This document shows positions 11,436-22,441 of a DNA stretch of 64,000 nucleotides, one piece after another. The position numbers and the translations under genes were made by a program. How positions within the stretch are numbered: the first letter of the stretch is position 1; the number at the start of each line of letters is the position of its first letter. Origin of the DNA: Macrostomum lignano. Lineage: Eukaryota. The stretch is taken from NCBI GenBank assembly GCA_002269645.1, contig NIVC01000255.1, positions 558,001 through 622,000 on the forward strand, read 5' to 3'. Under the pieces are notes generated by a model. That model saw nothing but the letters and a program-made list of their open reading frames with translations, ran no database searches and was not told the DNA's origin.

Positions 11436-12951
11436 TTTTTAATTGGAGCACATGAATTGTGGCTCTTATAATTCAATTCGGTTAGAACGTCGCAAGTCGG
11501 TTAGAGTAAAAATTTATGACATAATCAATTTCTCAGTCAGCCAGTATCAGTCTTAATTGAAGTTAGCAATGTGGTTACACAATTTTAATCAATTCGGGTG
11601 TGCATTTCTTCGACACTGTTTTCAAATTGTTGTGATGCAATCTTTATCACAATCGGAATTCAGCCAGTCAGTTTTTTCTCTAGCATTCCTCCAATGCATT
11701 CCAGGTCGAAAGAGCTGCTTGACCTTTGCAAAAAAGCATGTTTTTCGAATATTTAATCCCTTTAAAACTGAGCAATTTCTTAGCCAGGATGCATGTACCG
11801 TCCCAGGAAAATTTCTGATCGAATGGTGCAAGTTTGAAGAAAATCGGTTGAGCCATTTTTTCTGAAATCTATCGCATAGCTAGTTACAGACATTTCATTT
11901 TTAGTATATAGGACTAGAAATCTACGCCCCCCGTTGGGGAGCCAAAGAAATGCAATACACGTTTTTTAATAAGCTACATGTAGCCTTGAAATCTTAAAAA
12001 ATCTCCTGTCAAACTTCTAACACTAACCCTAACCCTAACCAAAACCCTAAATTCAATATTTTGTCCATGGGTTCTTGCATAATGCTTCTATAATTTTTAC
12101 ATGACGCTTCCATTATTTTTGCATGATGCTTCCATGATAAACATTTTTAATAAGCTACATGAGCTAAGTTATAAGCTACCCTAACCCTAACCCTAACACG
12201 AATATTAACGCAATAACCCTGAACCTAACCCTAAACCTAAACCCTAATACCAACCCGAACACTAACCCTACAGCCTGACATCTGGATAAGTTTGTGAAGC
12301 GCTAGTAGTATTTTTTAGCTTAGTATCTTAGCAACGGGGAGACAAAAATGCAGTACAAGTTTTGTAATAAAGTACATGTAGAATCTCTTTGCAATATATA
12401 TCAGAAGTCCCTTGTAAGCCTTGAAATGTCAGTAATTCCCCCCCCCCACAAGCTTTAAGATATCAACTTCCCCCTTGACATCTCAGCAATGCCCCCAAAA
12501 ATCCATAAAATCTAAAAAAAATCTGTCAACCTTCTAACCCTCACCTTACCCTAACCCTAACCCTAGCCTAACCCTAACCTAACCCTAAAGCATTGAAATT
12601 TCAGTAATTCTGAGTCATTATAGCACTACTACAGCATTATAGCGATTCCCTGCAAGCCTCGACATCGTAGGGATTCCCAAATGAATCTCTTAACTGAGAC
12701 ATGAAGCTTATTTTATTTTTTACATTACGCTTTCTCTATCAGCGATCCCTCCCCTGAGGAGCCAACAAATAATGTAATAAAAAGTTTTCAATAAAATACA
12801 TGTAGCTTCTGACTTTAGCCTTGAAATCTCATTTATACCCCCGTGAGCTTTGACATCTCAGCTATTCCTCCAGTAAGCCTTGACATGTCAGCGATGCCCC
12901 CCATAAACATGATTTTTACATGACGCTTCCATGATTTTTACATGACGCTTC

Positions 12952-13251
12952 AAAACCAAAAACCTAATCTGAATATTCAGCTCTCCCATAGTGGTGCGGG
13001 CCATTTGCTCAAGGTATTCTAAGTAAAGGCACAAGTCTGAACAATGTACTTGCAATCTATGCTTAACATTTTTGGAAAATTCTGCCCATGACATGCCCTT
13101 TGGACTGTACAGTTAACATTTGTTCACTTATATAAAGTTGTTGTGAGTGTTAAAAATACACTAGACCCTGAAGATGGCCATTGTTGGTCCGAAACGCGTC
13201 GGTAGAAAGAATTAATTGTAATCTATGTTGATTTTAACTTTTGTTTTTCTC
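12952..13251 (+). mobile_element. 5'-truncated Penelope-like retroelement (300 bp)
   Basis: Encodes KPNLNIQLSHSGAGHLLKVF*, homologous to the C-terminus KPNLNVQLAGNGVGRELRVL* of the PLE at 40561-40632. Flanked by duplicated TGACGCTTC and absent from the paralogous site near 24775. Confidence 0.82.
13165..13203 (+). ncRNA. Minimal type I hammerhead ribozyme
   Basis: ACC-CTGAAGA-T-GGCCA/TGGTC stem II-C-GAAAC-GC-GTC-GGT: conserved core, palindromic ACGCGT stem III, GUC site, 3-bp stem I. Confidence 0.75.
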
Positions 13252-14211
13252 TGACGCTTCTATGATTTTTACATGACGTTTCTATGATTTTTACATGACG
13301 CTTCTATGATTCTTTACATGACGTTTCTATGATTTCTACTTTACACTTCTATGATTTTACGTGATGCTTCTATGATTTTTACATGATGCTTCTATGATTT
13401 TTACATTACGCTTCAATGATTTTTACATGACGTTTCTATAATTTTTACCTTACACTTCTATGATTGTTTATATTACGCTTCTATGATTGTTTACATGACG
13501 CTTCTATGATTTTTCATGACGCTTTTATGATTTTTACTCTACACTTCTATAATTTTTTACATGACGCCTCTATGATTTTTTACATGACGCTTCTATGATT
13601 TTTTCATGAGGCTTCTTTTTAAAAAGTCTTAGTTTTCCTGACGTTAAAAAGCTGTAATTAAAAAATTCCACTCTACGAAAATTCGAACTATCCCTGCATT
13701 TAGCAGTTCAGTCTGTTCACCTCTAGGCTAGCTTTCATCGTTTTGATAACATTAATTTTAGCACTTATATAAATCAACACTTTAAAATCCAAGCATAGAG
13801 TAAATCACACGAGGCAGTTATGACATAATCAATTTCTCAGTCAGTCAGTATCAGTTAACAATATGGTTACGCAATCTAAATCAAGTCTGGTGCTACGCTT
13901 CCACACTGCATTTTCAATACTGTGACGCAATTCAAGTTGGAGTTACAATTCAGTTATGATGCAATCTATTTCAGAATCAGAATTCAACCAGTCAGTTTTT
14001 TCTCTAGCATTCTTACAATGCATTTCAAGTCGAAAAGTTTGCTTGACCTTTGCAAAAAAGCATGTTTTTCGAATATTTAATGCCTTTAGCATCGAGAAAT
14101 TTCTTAGCCAAGATGCATGTACCGTCCCAATAAAATTTCTGATCGAACAGTGCAAGTCTCATGAAAATCAGTTAAGCCATTCTGGAGATAATCGATTGCG
14201 CACATACAAGC

Positions 14212-14424
14212 AGGCACATAAGACATGGGCAGCCCAGGCATGAGTATCTCATCAGCCGACAGATCGACTGTGGGTGAATTCATGTAGGGTACATCAGGCG
14301 CCTCAATGATGTTAAAGAACATGGGCTCCTCAGCGCTTGGGCCGATCGTAGCCACCTCCGCGGGAACGCCAATGTCCTCATCAATCAAAAAAGCAATTAA
14401 CTGATCAAAGGCTTGATCGTCCAT
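14212..14424 (-). pseudogene. Truncated acidic ORF (MDDQAFDQLIAFLIDED...) of unknown function, cut at the junction with unit 2
   Basis: ATG at 14424 lies downstream of a TATA box at 14657-14650; the ORF reads into repeat sequence at about 14211. Confidence 0.4.
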
Positions 14425-14619
14425 AATGCATTAGGTGAAATATAATAAGCAAACAATAATCAAACAAAAACTAAATAAAAAACTTTAATAGGCAAAAGTC
14501 AAATAAAACAAGCAAATCAGCTAATACACAAAGTACAAGAACAAGAACAAGAAATCAAATAATTGATAATAGTCAAATCATAACACACTTAGAGACTGAA
14601 GAAGATGAACTTAGAAAAG

Positions 14620-14938
14620 TATGAAAAACAGAAGCCATACCCCTCGCAGTATTTATAGTAGTTGCCAGGCGGGGTTAGGAGCCTGATGGGTTTGGGAGCC
14701 CCTCAACCCCATTTGGCTCCGAGACCCCTCTATGGGCCAGGATAGGCTCCCCTCTGACCAGCCTATCCTGCCTACCCTTTGGCTCGGAGACCCCTCTATG
14801 GGCCAGGATTGGCTGGTCAGAGGGGAGCCTATCCTGGCCACTCAGTGAGACCCCTCAGGCTCCCAAACCCATCAGGCTCCTAACCCCTCTTGGCAACTGC
14901 TATAAATACGGCAAGGGGTGCGGCTTCTGTTTTTCATA
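14620..14938. promoter_or_regulatory. Nested inverted repeat with divergent TATAAATA boxes
   Basis: Outer ~81-bp imperfect IR (14620-14700 / 14858-14938, inner 30 bp perfect); inner perfect 29-bp IR (14735-14763 / 14811-14839); TATA boxes at 14901-14908 (+) and 14657-14650 (-). Confidence 0.75.
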
Positions 14939-15584
14939 TTTTTCTTTATCTGTTTGCTAATTATCTAGTGTTCATTCCGAGTCAATTCAAAGGTTTTCGT
15001 AAGTTTGATTTCTTGTTTTTGCTCTTGCATATTTCTTACTGTGTGTATAAATTTGCATTTATTTGCTTGTTTTTTATTTTGCTAATTTGCTTATTTGCTT
15101 TGATTTGTATTTCTTACTTGTGTATATACTTGCTCTTATTTGCTTTTTTATTTAAAATTTGCTTCATTGCTTATCATTGCTTATTTGCTTTCATTAATTG
15201 ATGCCATATATGGACGAAATTGCGAACCCATCGCTAATGGCTGAGCTGCCCACAGACGTACTGTCTGTTGAGGCAGCCAGCAGTAACAACGAAGTGATTG
15301 CGCTGCCCACGGATGAATCGTCCGTTGAGGCGTCCGGCGTCTCAAATGACGACGCAGCCCAGCCGAGCAGCAGCAGCCGCACAAGAAGCCGGAGGCAGCG
15401 GCGGCTGATGCTCGAGGCTAGGCTTGTGGCGGAGGCTATAGAGCGAGGGCAAACCCCGCTAATGCCGCACAAAAGTCGCGTCAGAAGGCGTGACTTTGCC
15501 CGCGTCGTGCGCCAGGAGCAGAAAAAGAGGACCAGAGCACCAGAGCTGCAGACGCTGCATTACCAATTGAAGCAGCGGCGGCCA

Positions 15585-15615
<31 letters not shown>

Positions 15616-16154
15616 GGCGGCCACAGCAGCAGCAGCAGCAGCAGCGGCGGCCACAGCAGGAGCAGAAGCAGCAGCAGCAGCAACGGCGGCCACAGCAGCA
15701 GCAGAAGCAGCAGCAGCAGCGGCGGCGGCCAGACTCGCAGCAGCAGCAGCAGCGGTGGCTACAGCAGGCCCAGCAGCTGTGGCAACAGCAGCAGGACGCA
15801 GCAGCTCTATGGTTTCAGCAGCAGCAGCAGAACCTGCAGGACCATCTGCTGTGGCAGCCGCAGCAGCCGCAACAGCAGCAGCAGCAGCAGCCGCAACAGC
15901 AGCAGCAGCAGCAGCCGCAACAGCAGCCGCAACAGCAGCAGCAGCAGCAGCCGCAACAGCAGCAGCAGCAGCAGCAGCAGCCGCAACAGCAGCAGCAGCC
16001 GCAGCAGCACCAGCAACAATACTACCAGGAGCAGTTGCAGCAGCACCTGCAGGACCATCTGCTGTGGCAGCAGCCGCAACAGCAGCAGCAGCAGCAGCCG
16101 CAACAGCAGCAGCAGGCTCCCGGAGCCTACCGGGAGGGGAGACACACGTCTCCC

Positions 16155-16231
16155 GGCGCTAGGGACCAGACCTTCACGTGGTGCGCCCTGAGGGAGTGGC
16201 TACAAAATAGGCACTCTTGAGAACATGTTCC
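16155..16231 (+). ncRNA. Candidate HDV-like ribozyme (imperfect; A at the catalytic-C position)
   Basis: P1 GGCGC/GCGCC, P3 ACC/GGT, L3 TTCACGT, P1.1 TC/GA, P4 GAGTG-CTA..TAG-CACTC, J4/2 GAGAA; P2 only partly paired (GGGAC/GTTCC). Confidence 0.45.
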
Positions 16232-19200
16232 GAAGTACGTTGCCAAGAACCCAGACCCAGACGGAAGTAAGTGGAGACAACTGGAACAAGCCGGCGATGT
16301 GGAGAAGAACCCTGGGCCGAAGGGTGAAGAGGAGGAAGAAGAGGCGAAGTGCGTGGAATGCAAGAAGAAGTTGAGGAGTGTGAGAGTGGTGTGCAGTGAA
16401 TGCAACGCGAGCGTCCACCTGGGGTGCACCAAGTTGTCGAGGACCGAGGCCGAGAGGTGCAGCAGAGGAGAAGGAGAATGGAGGTGTAAGAAGTGTGATC
16501 CCAAGGCGAGCAAGACACAATGCGCGGCGTGCCAAGCCACGCTGAGGGCTGGTAGTAGACGCCTACAGTGCGCTGACTGCAGCAAAAAATATCACCAGAA
16601 ATGTTCAGGGGAGCAGAGAAAGCAGCTGAGTAAGTTCCGTGACGCGGCAACGTGGGTGTGTAAGAGCTGCACGGGCAGGTGGCCAGAGGAAGAACCCAGC
16701 ACGGTTACCCCGGCGACTCCAGCCAAAGCCAAGGGAAGATGCAAGCAGTGCAAAGCGTCGTTCCAGGCTAGACACAAGCCGTTGAAGTGCCCGAGCTGCA
16801 AAGGGCTGCTGCATGCGGCATGCTCGGGGAGAAGTAGGTACGCCAAAGCCAACGCCACCTGGATGTGTCGAGAATGCACGGACTTGGCCAGCGAAAGCAA
16901 CAGGATAGAGAAGCCGAGGAAAAAGGAAGAAGGCGAAGAACATCACGCCGATGAAGTCGAAGTGATCGAGCTACGGCCGCGTAGACGGAGCCAGAAGGAT
17001 GATCGGAGATCGCCCTCTAGTGGGGGGACGAGAGAGGAGGTTGAACAGAGTGCGAAGTCAAAGGAGGCGGCCACGAAGCCAAGAAGGGCCATGGCCAATG
17101 TAGACAGCAACCCCCCGGAGTGGCCGTGCTGTGTCTGCGGGGAAAAGGTCGGAAGGGAGTGGAGCGTGGTGTGCTCGGAGAGCAGACGCTGGTGCCACCT
17201 TAATTGCGCTAAGCTTACTGCTGCGCAGCTCCGGATCGGTAGCAGAAAGAAATGGGCTAGCTGGAAGTGCCCGAGGCATGAGGACGGAGCTGTGGATCGT
17301 CAGGTCACGGAAGACACCCCGCAGCGGCCCGACGAAGAACGACCAGAACAGATCAAGGCTGAACTGAAGGGACAGTGCGCGGAGTGCAGAGGCAGACTAC
17401 GGAAAGCTAACCTCGAGTGCCATTCGTGCGGAGCCAAAGTCCATCAAGGATGCGCAGGCACTAGCAGCAGGGTGCTGGTGAAGCGGTGGAAGGAACATGG
17501 AGGATGGATGTGCCTACACTGCAAGAGTAACGAGGGAGAGAGGTTGGAAGAGAAGTTGGGGAGCAAGAAGAAGGAGACGACCAAGATAGACAGGATCACC
17601 ATAATACAGTGGAACTGCGACGGACTGAGCCCCAAGATGCCGGAATTGAACAACATGGCTGCAGTATGGAAAGCAGACATCATCGCGATCCAAGAGACGA
17701 AGCTTCGCGCAGAGGATAAGATACCAAGTCTGCCGGGATACCGGATCCTCAGGAAAGACAGGGATAGGGCGAAGCCCGCGGGGGAGGAGTGGCCTTTTTC
17801 GTCAGAGAAGACCTACCGTTTAGGATCGTGCTGGAGACAGGGCGAGCCCCCCCAAGCGGTCCCAAGTGCCCAGGAGTCGAACAGGACGACGCAGGGAACA
17901 AGGGCGATCTGGAAGCTCTGGGTATTGAGATCCACTGGCCGGGAGGAATTATACAGCGCTTTTACAACCTGTACGCGCCACCGGTAAGGGACAGCAAGGA
18001 CAAGGTCCTAGAACAGATGAATAAGATCGCAGACAATGGCCAGGCCTGGTGGCTGGGAGACCTGAACGCCCATAGCCCATCCTGGGACAGCAGCGCCGTG
18101 GAAGACACCAGAGGAGAGGCCTGGGAGGAATGGATGATCGAGAATGATGCGGTGCTACTCAACGACGGCAGCCATACCAGACGAGGCAGAACCGGCCAGG
18201 ACAGCAGCACGCCAGACATCTCATGCTGCAGCTCTGCGGTGTGGAAACAATGGAGCCCTACCTGGAAATGCCTTAAGCAGTCGGAATCCGACCACACCCC
18301 GATCATCATACAAGCCGGACACCACAGCAAAGGGGAGGTCGGGCCGACGAGATGGGCATGGAACTGGCGGAAGGCGGACTGGACAAGATACAGGGCGGAG
18401 CTCAAGGCGGCTACGGAGGAGATCGATATGCGAAGCAAGACTAAGGACATGGAGAACGCCATCAGAGAGAAAATTCTGGACGCGGCTAATCGGTGCGTGG
18501 GACTGATCAAGGTCACAGGCAGACAGCCTGTGGTGGACAGGGAGGTAGCGGATATAGCCGAGCAGAGAGATAAAGTGGTGTGGTACAGAAATGACGAAGA
18601 TCAGGTCGAGGAAGCGCAGGAAGCGGTGGAGAGAGCGAAGGAAGAAATCAGGAACCTCGAAAGACTGAAGTGGAAAGAGAAGCTGGCAGGGGGCAACGCT
18701 GTGGACAAAATTTGGCAACTGGTGAGAGGTTGCACCGGGAGTGCCCCAAGGGCCCCGGCCGAGGTGCTTACGCACAAGGGCCGCAGGTACATCACGCCCA
18801 GAGAGAAGGCCACAGCATTCGCCAAGGAGTATGCGGCGGTAAGCAGCTACGAGATCAAGAAAAAGGACAGAGCGCTCAGAAGAAAGGTCGATCGGACGCT
18901 CAAGAGAACGCAGTCGGGTCGGAACGAGGGAGACGACATCACCTTGGAGGAGGTGCAGCATGCGCTGGACGAGTTGGACGGCGGAAAGGCGCCGGGACCA
19001 GACAAAATCCACCCGAGGCTACTCAAGGAGCTGCCCACCGAGATGATCAAAGCGGTAGCCCAGCTGTTCCAACGCTCATGGGCGCACGCCGAAGTCCCAC
19101 AGAACTGGAGAACCGGCGAGACTGTGCCCCTGTTGAAGGAGAATCAGGATCCAGAGGCCATTGTGTCATACCGCCCGATATGTCTCACTGCGACGATTGG

Positions 19201-21320
19201 AAAGTGGCTGAAAAGAGTCCTGGCGAACCGTCTGAAGCACACGCTGGAAAACCGGAAACTGCTGACGGAGGCCCAAGCCGGATTTAGACAGGGCAGAACA
19301 ACCACGGACCAGGTGCTGAGCTTATGCCAGGAAATCAGCGACGGGTTTAACGATCGGAAACGGACCGTTCTGACCACCCTAGATTTCACCAAGGCGTACG
19401 ACAAGGTGTGGCGAACAGGGTTGCTCTGGAAGCTGCTGAAGAAAGGGATTGACGGCCGGATGATCAGATGGATACAAGCCTGGTTAGTCAATCGCACCAA
19501 CTGGGTGCGGCTAGGCGAGGAGAAAGGCGCAGTGGTGTGTATGAAGCAGGGGCTTCCACAGGGGGCGGTACTGTCCCCCCTGCTGTTCCTGGTATTCATC
19601 GACGACCTGCCCTCGGAATGCGGGACTACCGGCGTCCAATTCCGCATGTTCGCTGACGATGTAGCCCTATGGAGCACCGAAGAACGAGTAGGCAGAGCAT
19701 GTGCTAGAGTCCAGGAGGCACTACGGAAGGTGCACGAGTGGACCAGGGCCTGGTACCTCCCCTTGAACACTAAGAAGTGCGAGTCATGCGTCTATAGCAA
19801 CAACCAAGCGGAGCGAGGAATGCGACTCGACTTGAGAATTGGAGATGACATCATCAGAACGACCTCGGCCCCCGATACCTCGGGTCACGGTGGACCAAAA
19901 GCTCACGTTCTCTGAACACGTGAGGATGCTATCGACGAAGGCCAGGGCGAGGACGCACCTGCTGAAGAAGCTGTGTTGCTTGGAGGGAGGTCTAAACTTG
20001 GAGATTGCGAGGATGGCCTACCTGGCGCTAGTGAGACCGATCCTGGAGTACGCGGCCCCGGCATGGTACCCATGGCTGGCGAAGGTACACCTGGAGAAGC
20101 TGGAGAGGTGCCAGCGGGCAGCCGCCAGAGCCATTGCCGGAGTACTGGCCAGCACGCCGGTGGAAGCGGTGCTGCAAGAAGCCGGGCTACCATCGCTGGA
20201 AAGCAGGCTGCAGTTCCAGACGCTGAAGACCTATGATAGCTACCGACGGCTACCAGCGGACTCGCCTAGGAATGAGATGGCCAATAGGCGCATGAAGAAG
20301 AGGCTGAAGAAGCCCAACTGGAGGCAGAAGTCTCGCGAGGACTGGACCAGACTGGCGTTACCGGAGCCGGAGCCGGAAGAGCGGAGCAGGCAAATCCCAC
20401 CGTGGGTTCAAATCAGAACTAAGGTTGCCTTGGAGGAGCTCACGAACCGGCAGGCAACCGAGAAAGAGAACAAGGAAACCGCAGAGAGCTGGATCGCGAA
20501 CAGAGACACCGACTACATCCTGTACACAGATGGGTCGGTGGGCAAGGAGGGTAAAGGTGGAGCTGGTCTCATCATTTACCGGGGCAGCACGAAGCAGGGC
20601 GAAGCTCGAGGATCAGCGGGACAGGGATGCTCGTCCACGCAAGCCGAGATCAGGGCACTCCGTATGGCAATCGATTGGTTGGACGCGGCAGACTGGAAAA
20701 CGGCCACCATCGTGAGTGACAGTCAAGCAGCGCTCCGGGCTTTCCAGGACAGATGGAAGGGTGAATGGCAGGACGTGAGGCATTGCTGGCTAAAGATCGC
20801 GAAGTGGCCTGAAAGAACCCTGACGATGAAGTGGGTGGCAGGACATGTCGGAGTGGAAGGAAATGAGCTGGCGGACAGGCTGGCGGCAGAGGGACGAGGC
20901 GAGGAAGGTGTCTTCTGGACAAGGAAAGCGGCCACTAACCACATTCGTAGAGCCCAGGAAGGCAGGATGGAGTGGAAGCACGAGAGGGCGAAGGAAATCT
21001 ACGCGAAGAAGCAGCCGGACTGGCGGAAGGAAGGAAAGTGGTGCAGAGCGGCCAGGCGCGATTTTGCCAGGTTCAGGACCGGACACCACGCGGAGCTGGC
21101 GGAGTATGGTGCTCGGATTGGAACCAGGGAGAGTCGAACGTGCCGGCTGTGCAATCTCGAGGAGGAAGGCACGGAGCACGTACTGTTGAAGTGCCCAGTG
21201 ATGGACAACATCAGGAGGAAGACCGGCATCACGGATATGGGCGACTTATGCGCCATGCCCGAAGAATGCCGGGCCCTTTGGAACGAGTTCCGAGAACGGG
21301 TTAGACTGAAGAGAGAGTAG
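16221..21320 (+). CDS. LINE polyprotein: 2A peptide, 5 PHD fingers, APE endonuclease, RT, RNase H, Cys/His finger; frameshifted in homopolymer runs
   Basis: GDVEKNPGP; five C4HC3-type motifs; IIQWNCDGL, IQETKL, GDLNAH, SDH; QGAVLSPLLF, FADD; YTDGS, AEIRAL, SDSQ, WVAGHVGVEGNELAD; CRLC..H..C. Shifts at G-run 17780-84 and at C/G-runs 19869-84. Confidence 0.92.
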
Positions 21321-21404
21321 GGCTGTGGCACGGCAACGCCAACAACAACAACAACAACAGCAGCAGCAGCAGCAGCCGCAACAGCAGCAGCAGCAGCAGC
21401 AGCC

Positions 21405-21446
<42 letters not shown>

Positions 21447-21662
21447 CCAGCATCAGCAGCCGCAACCGCAGCAGCAGCAGCAGCATTACTACAAGGAACA
21501 CCTGCAGCAGCACCTGCAGGCCCAGCTGCTGTGGCAGCAGCTGCAACAGCTGCAGCTGCAGCAGCCGCAACAGCAGCAGCAGCAGCAGCATTACTACAAG
21601 GAAGACCTGCAGCAGCACCTGCAGGCCCAGCTGCTGTGGCAGCAGCTGCAACAGCAGCAGCA

Positions 21663-21769
21663 CCCTCTGGGCTTTACGCCTAGACTGCGGGTTTCCCGCA
21701 GCTCCTACTCGGCGCCGCGTTTTCGTCGCGGAGGGGACCCTCTTCCTTCGGGGGAGGTCGAAGAGCGCC
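21663..21769 (+). ncRNA. Candidate HDV-like self-cleaving ribozyme at the element 5' end
   Basis: P1 CCCTCT/GGAGGG, P2 GGCGCC/G(A)GCGCC, P3 GCG/CGC, L3 TTTTCGT, P1.1 TT/GA, P4 closed by a TTCG loop, J4/2 TCGAA with C at 21759. Confidence 0.65.
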
Positions 21770-22441
21770 GTAAATCGGACACCATGTCCCACGTGCAACT
21801 GTTGCTTTTGTGGTTAGTGTTTTTCTACAGCAGGGCGTACCTTGATTGCGACATCGGAAACGCTGGTAGCGAGGCCCGCCGGCTCTCCACGCTCCTGCTC
21901 AGGGCCGGTTATCGAGCCGAACCCAGGTCCAGGCCCGACTCATATATGTGGGCCGAACTCTTACGAAGCCGAATTAATGGCCATCAAGCTCGCCCTGGAA
22001 GACATTATCAGCTCCGAACCGCGCCATGCCGTCATACTGACCGACAGCCAGAGCGCCATCGCCGCCATCAAAGCTGACCGTCCAACCCTCAACCTGCGGC
22101 TTGAGCAAGTTAAAGATCTCCTCGCTAACGCAGCCATGCACACGAAGATCGCCCTGCAATGGGTTCCGGGACATTCGGGAGTGCCCGGTAACGAACTGGT
22201 CGACGCAGAGGCCAAGTTCGCGGCCACGCTGCCTCAAGACGAGTCCGAAATTTCCCTTGCAGCTGCTAAAGAGCGCATCCGCCATCATCTCAAGTACCGC
22301 CCAACCCTTCAGGGGCACTTAGCCGAGGTCTATGGTAAAAAGATCTCCTTCCATCAGGGACCGCGTCGCCAACAAATCCTCGTGGCGCAGGTCAGAGCAG
22401 GCCACTGCCCTGTCTCCAACTATTACCGCAACCGCACCAAC

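Larger units (their letters stand above)
9373..11911 (+). mobile_element. Non-autonomous Helitron/Helentron-like element, unit 1 (18-bp and 23-bp arrays)
   Basis: Starts ACTAG plus a GCCCCCC-GGGGG hairpin; internal minisatellites, tRNA-like module and conserved core; ends TTCATTTTTAGTATATAG; abuts the next unit head-to-tail. Confidence 0.7.
12905..13620. repeat. 22-bp minisatellite (CATGACGCTTCTATGATTTTTA), interrupted by a Penelope stub
   Basis: Direct reading; same unit at 24740-25095 and 26690-27760. Confidence 0.9.
11913..14211 (+). mobile_element. Non-autonomous Helitron-like element, unit 2 (TAACCC tracts, 22-bp array), last ~25 bp missing
   Basis: ACTAG plus hairpin start, same tRNA-like module and core; 12820-14210 is nearly identical to 24640-25246 joined to 30187-30640. 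Confidence 0.7.
16116..21357 (+). mobile_element. Near full-length Ingi-like (I-group) non-LTR retrotransposon
   Basis: Structured 5' end, 2A, PHD x5, APE, RT, RNase H, Cys/His motif, short 3' UTR and (CAA)n tail at 21340-21357, embedded in a CAG tract. Confidence 0.9.

Noticed and set aside
14212-16115. Calling the palindrome region an endogenous densovirus
   Set aside because: Neither flanking ORF shows NS1 HUH/SF3 or capsid/PLA2 motifs; only the architecture is similar.
17962-21331. Long antisense ORFs over the LINE, Helitron, Penelope and LOA coding regions
   Set aside because: Shadow ORFs expected opposite GC-rich coding sequence; no motifs.
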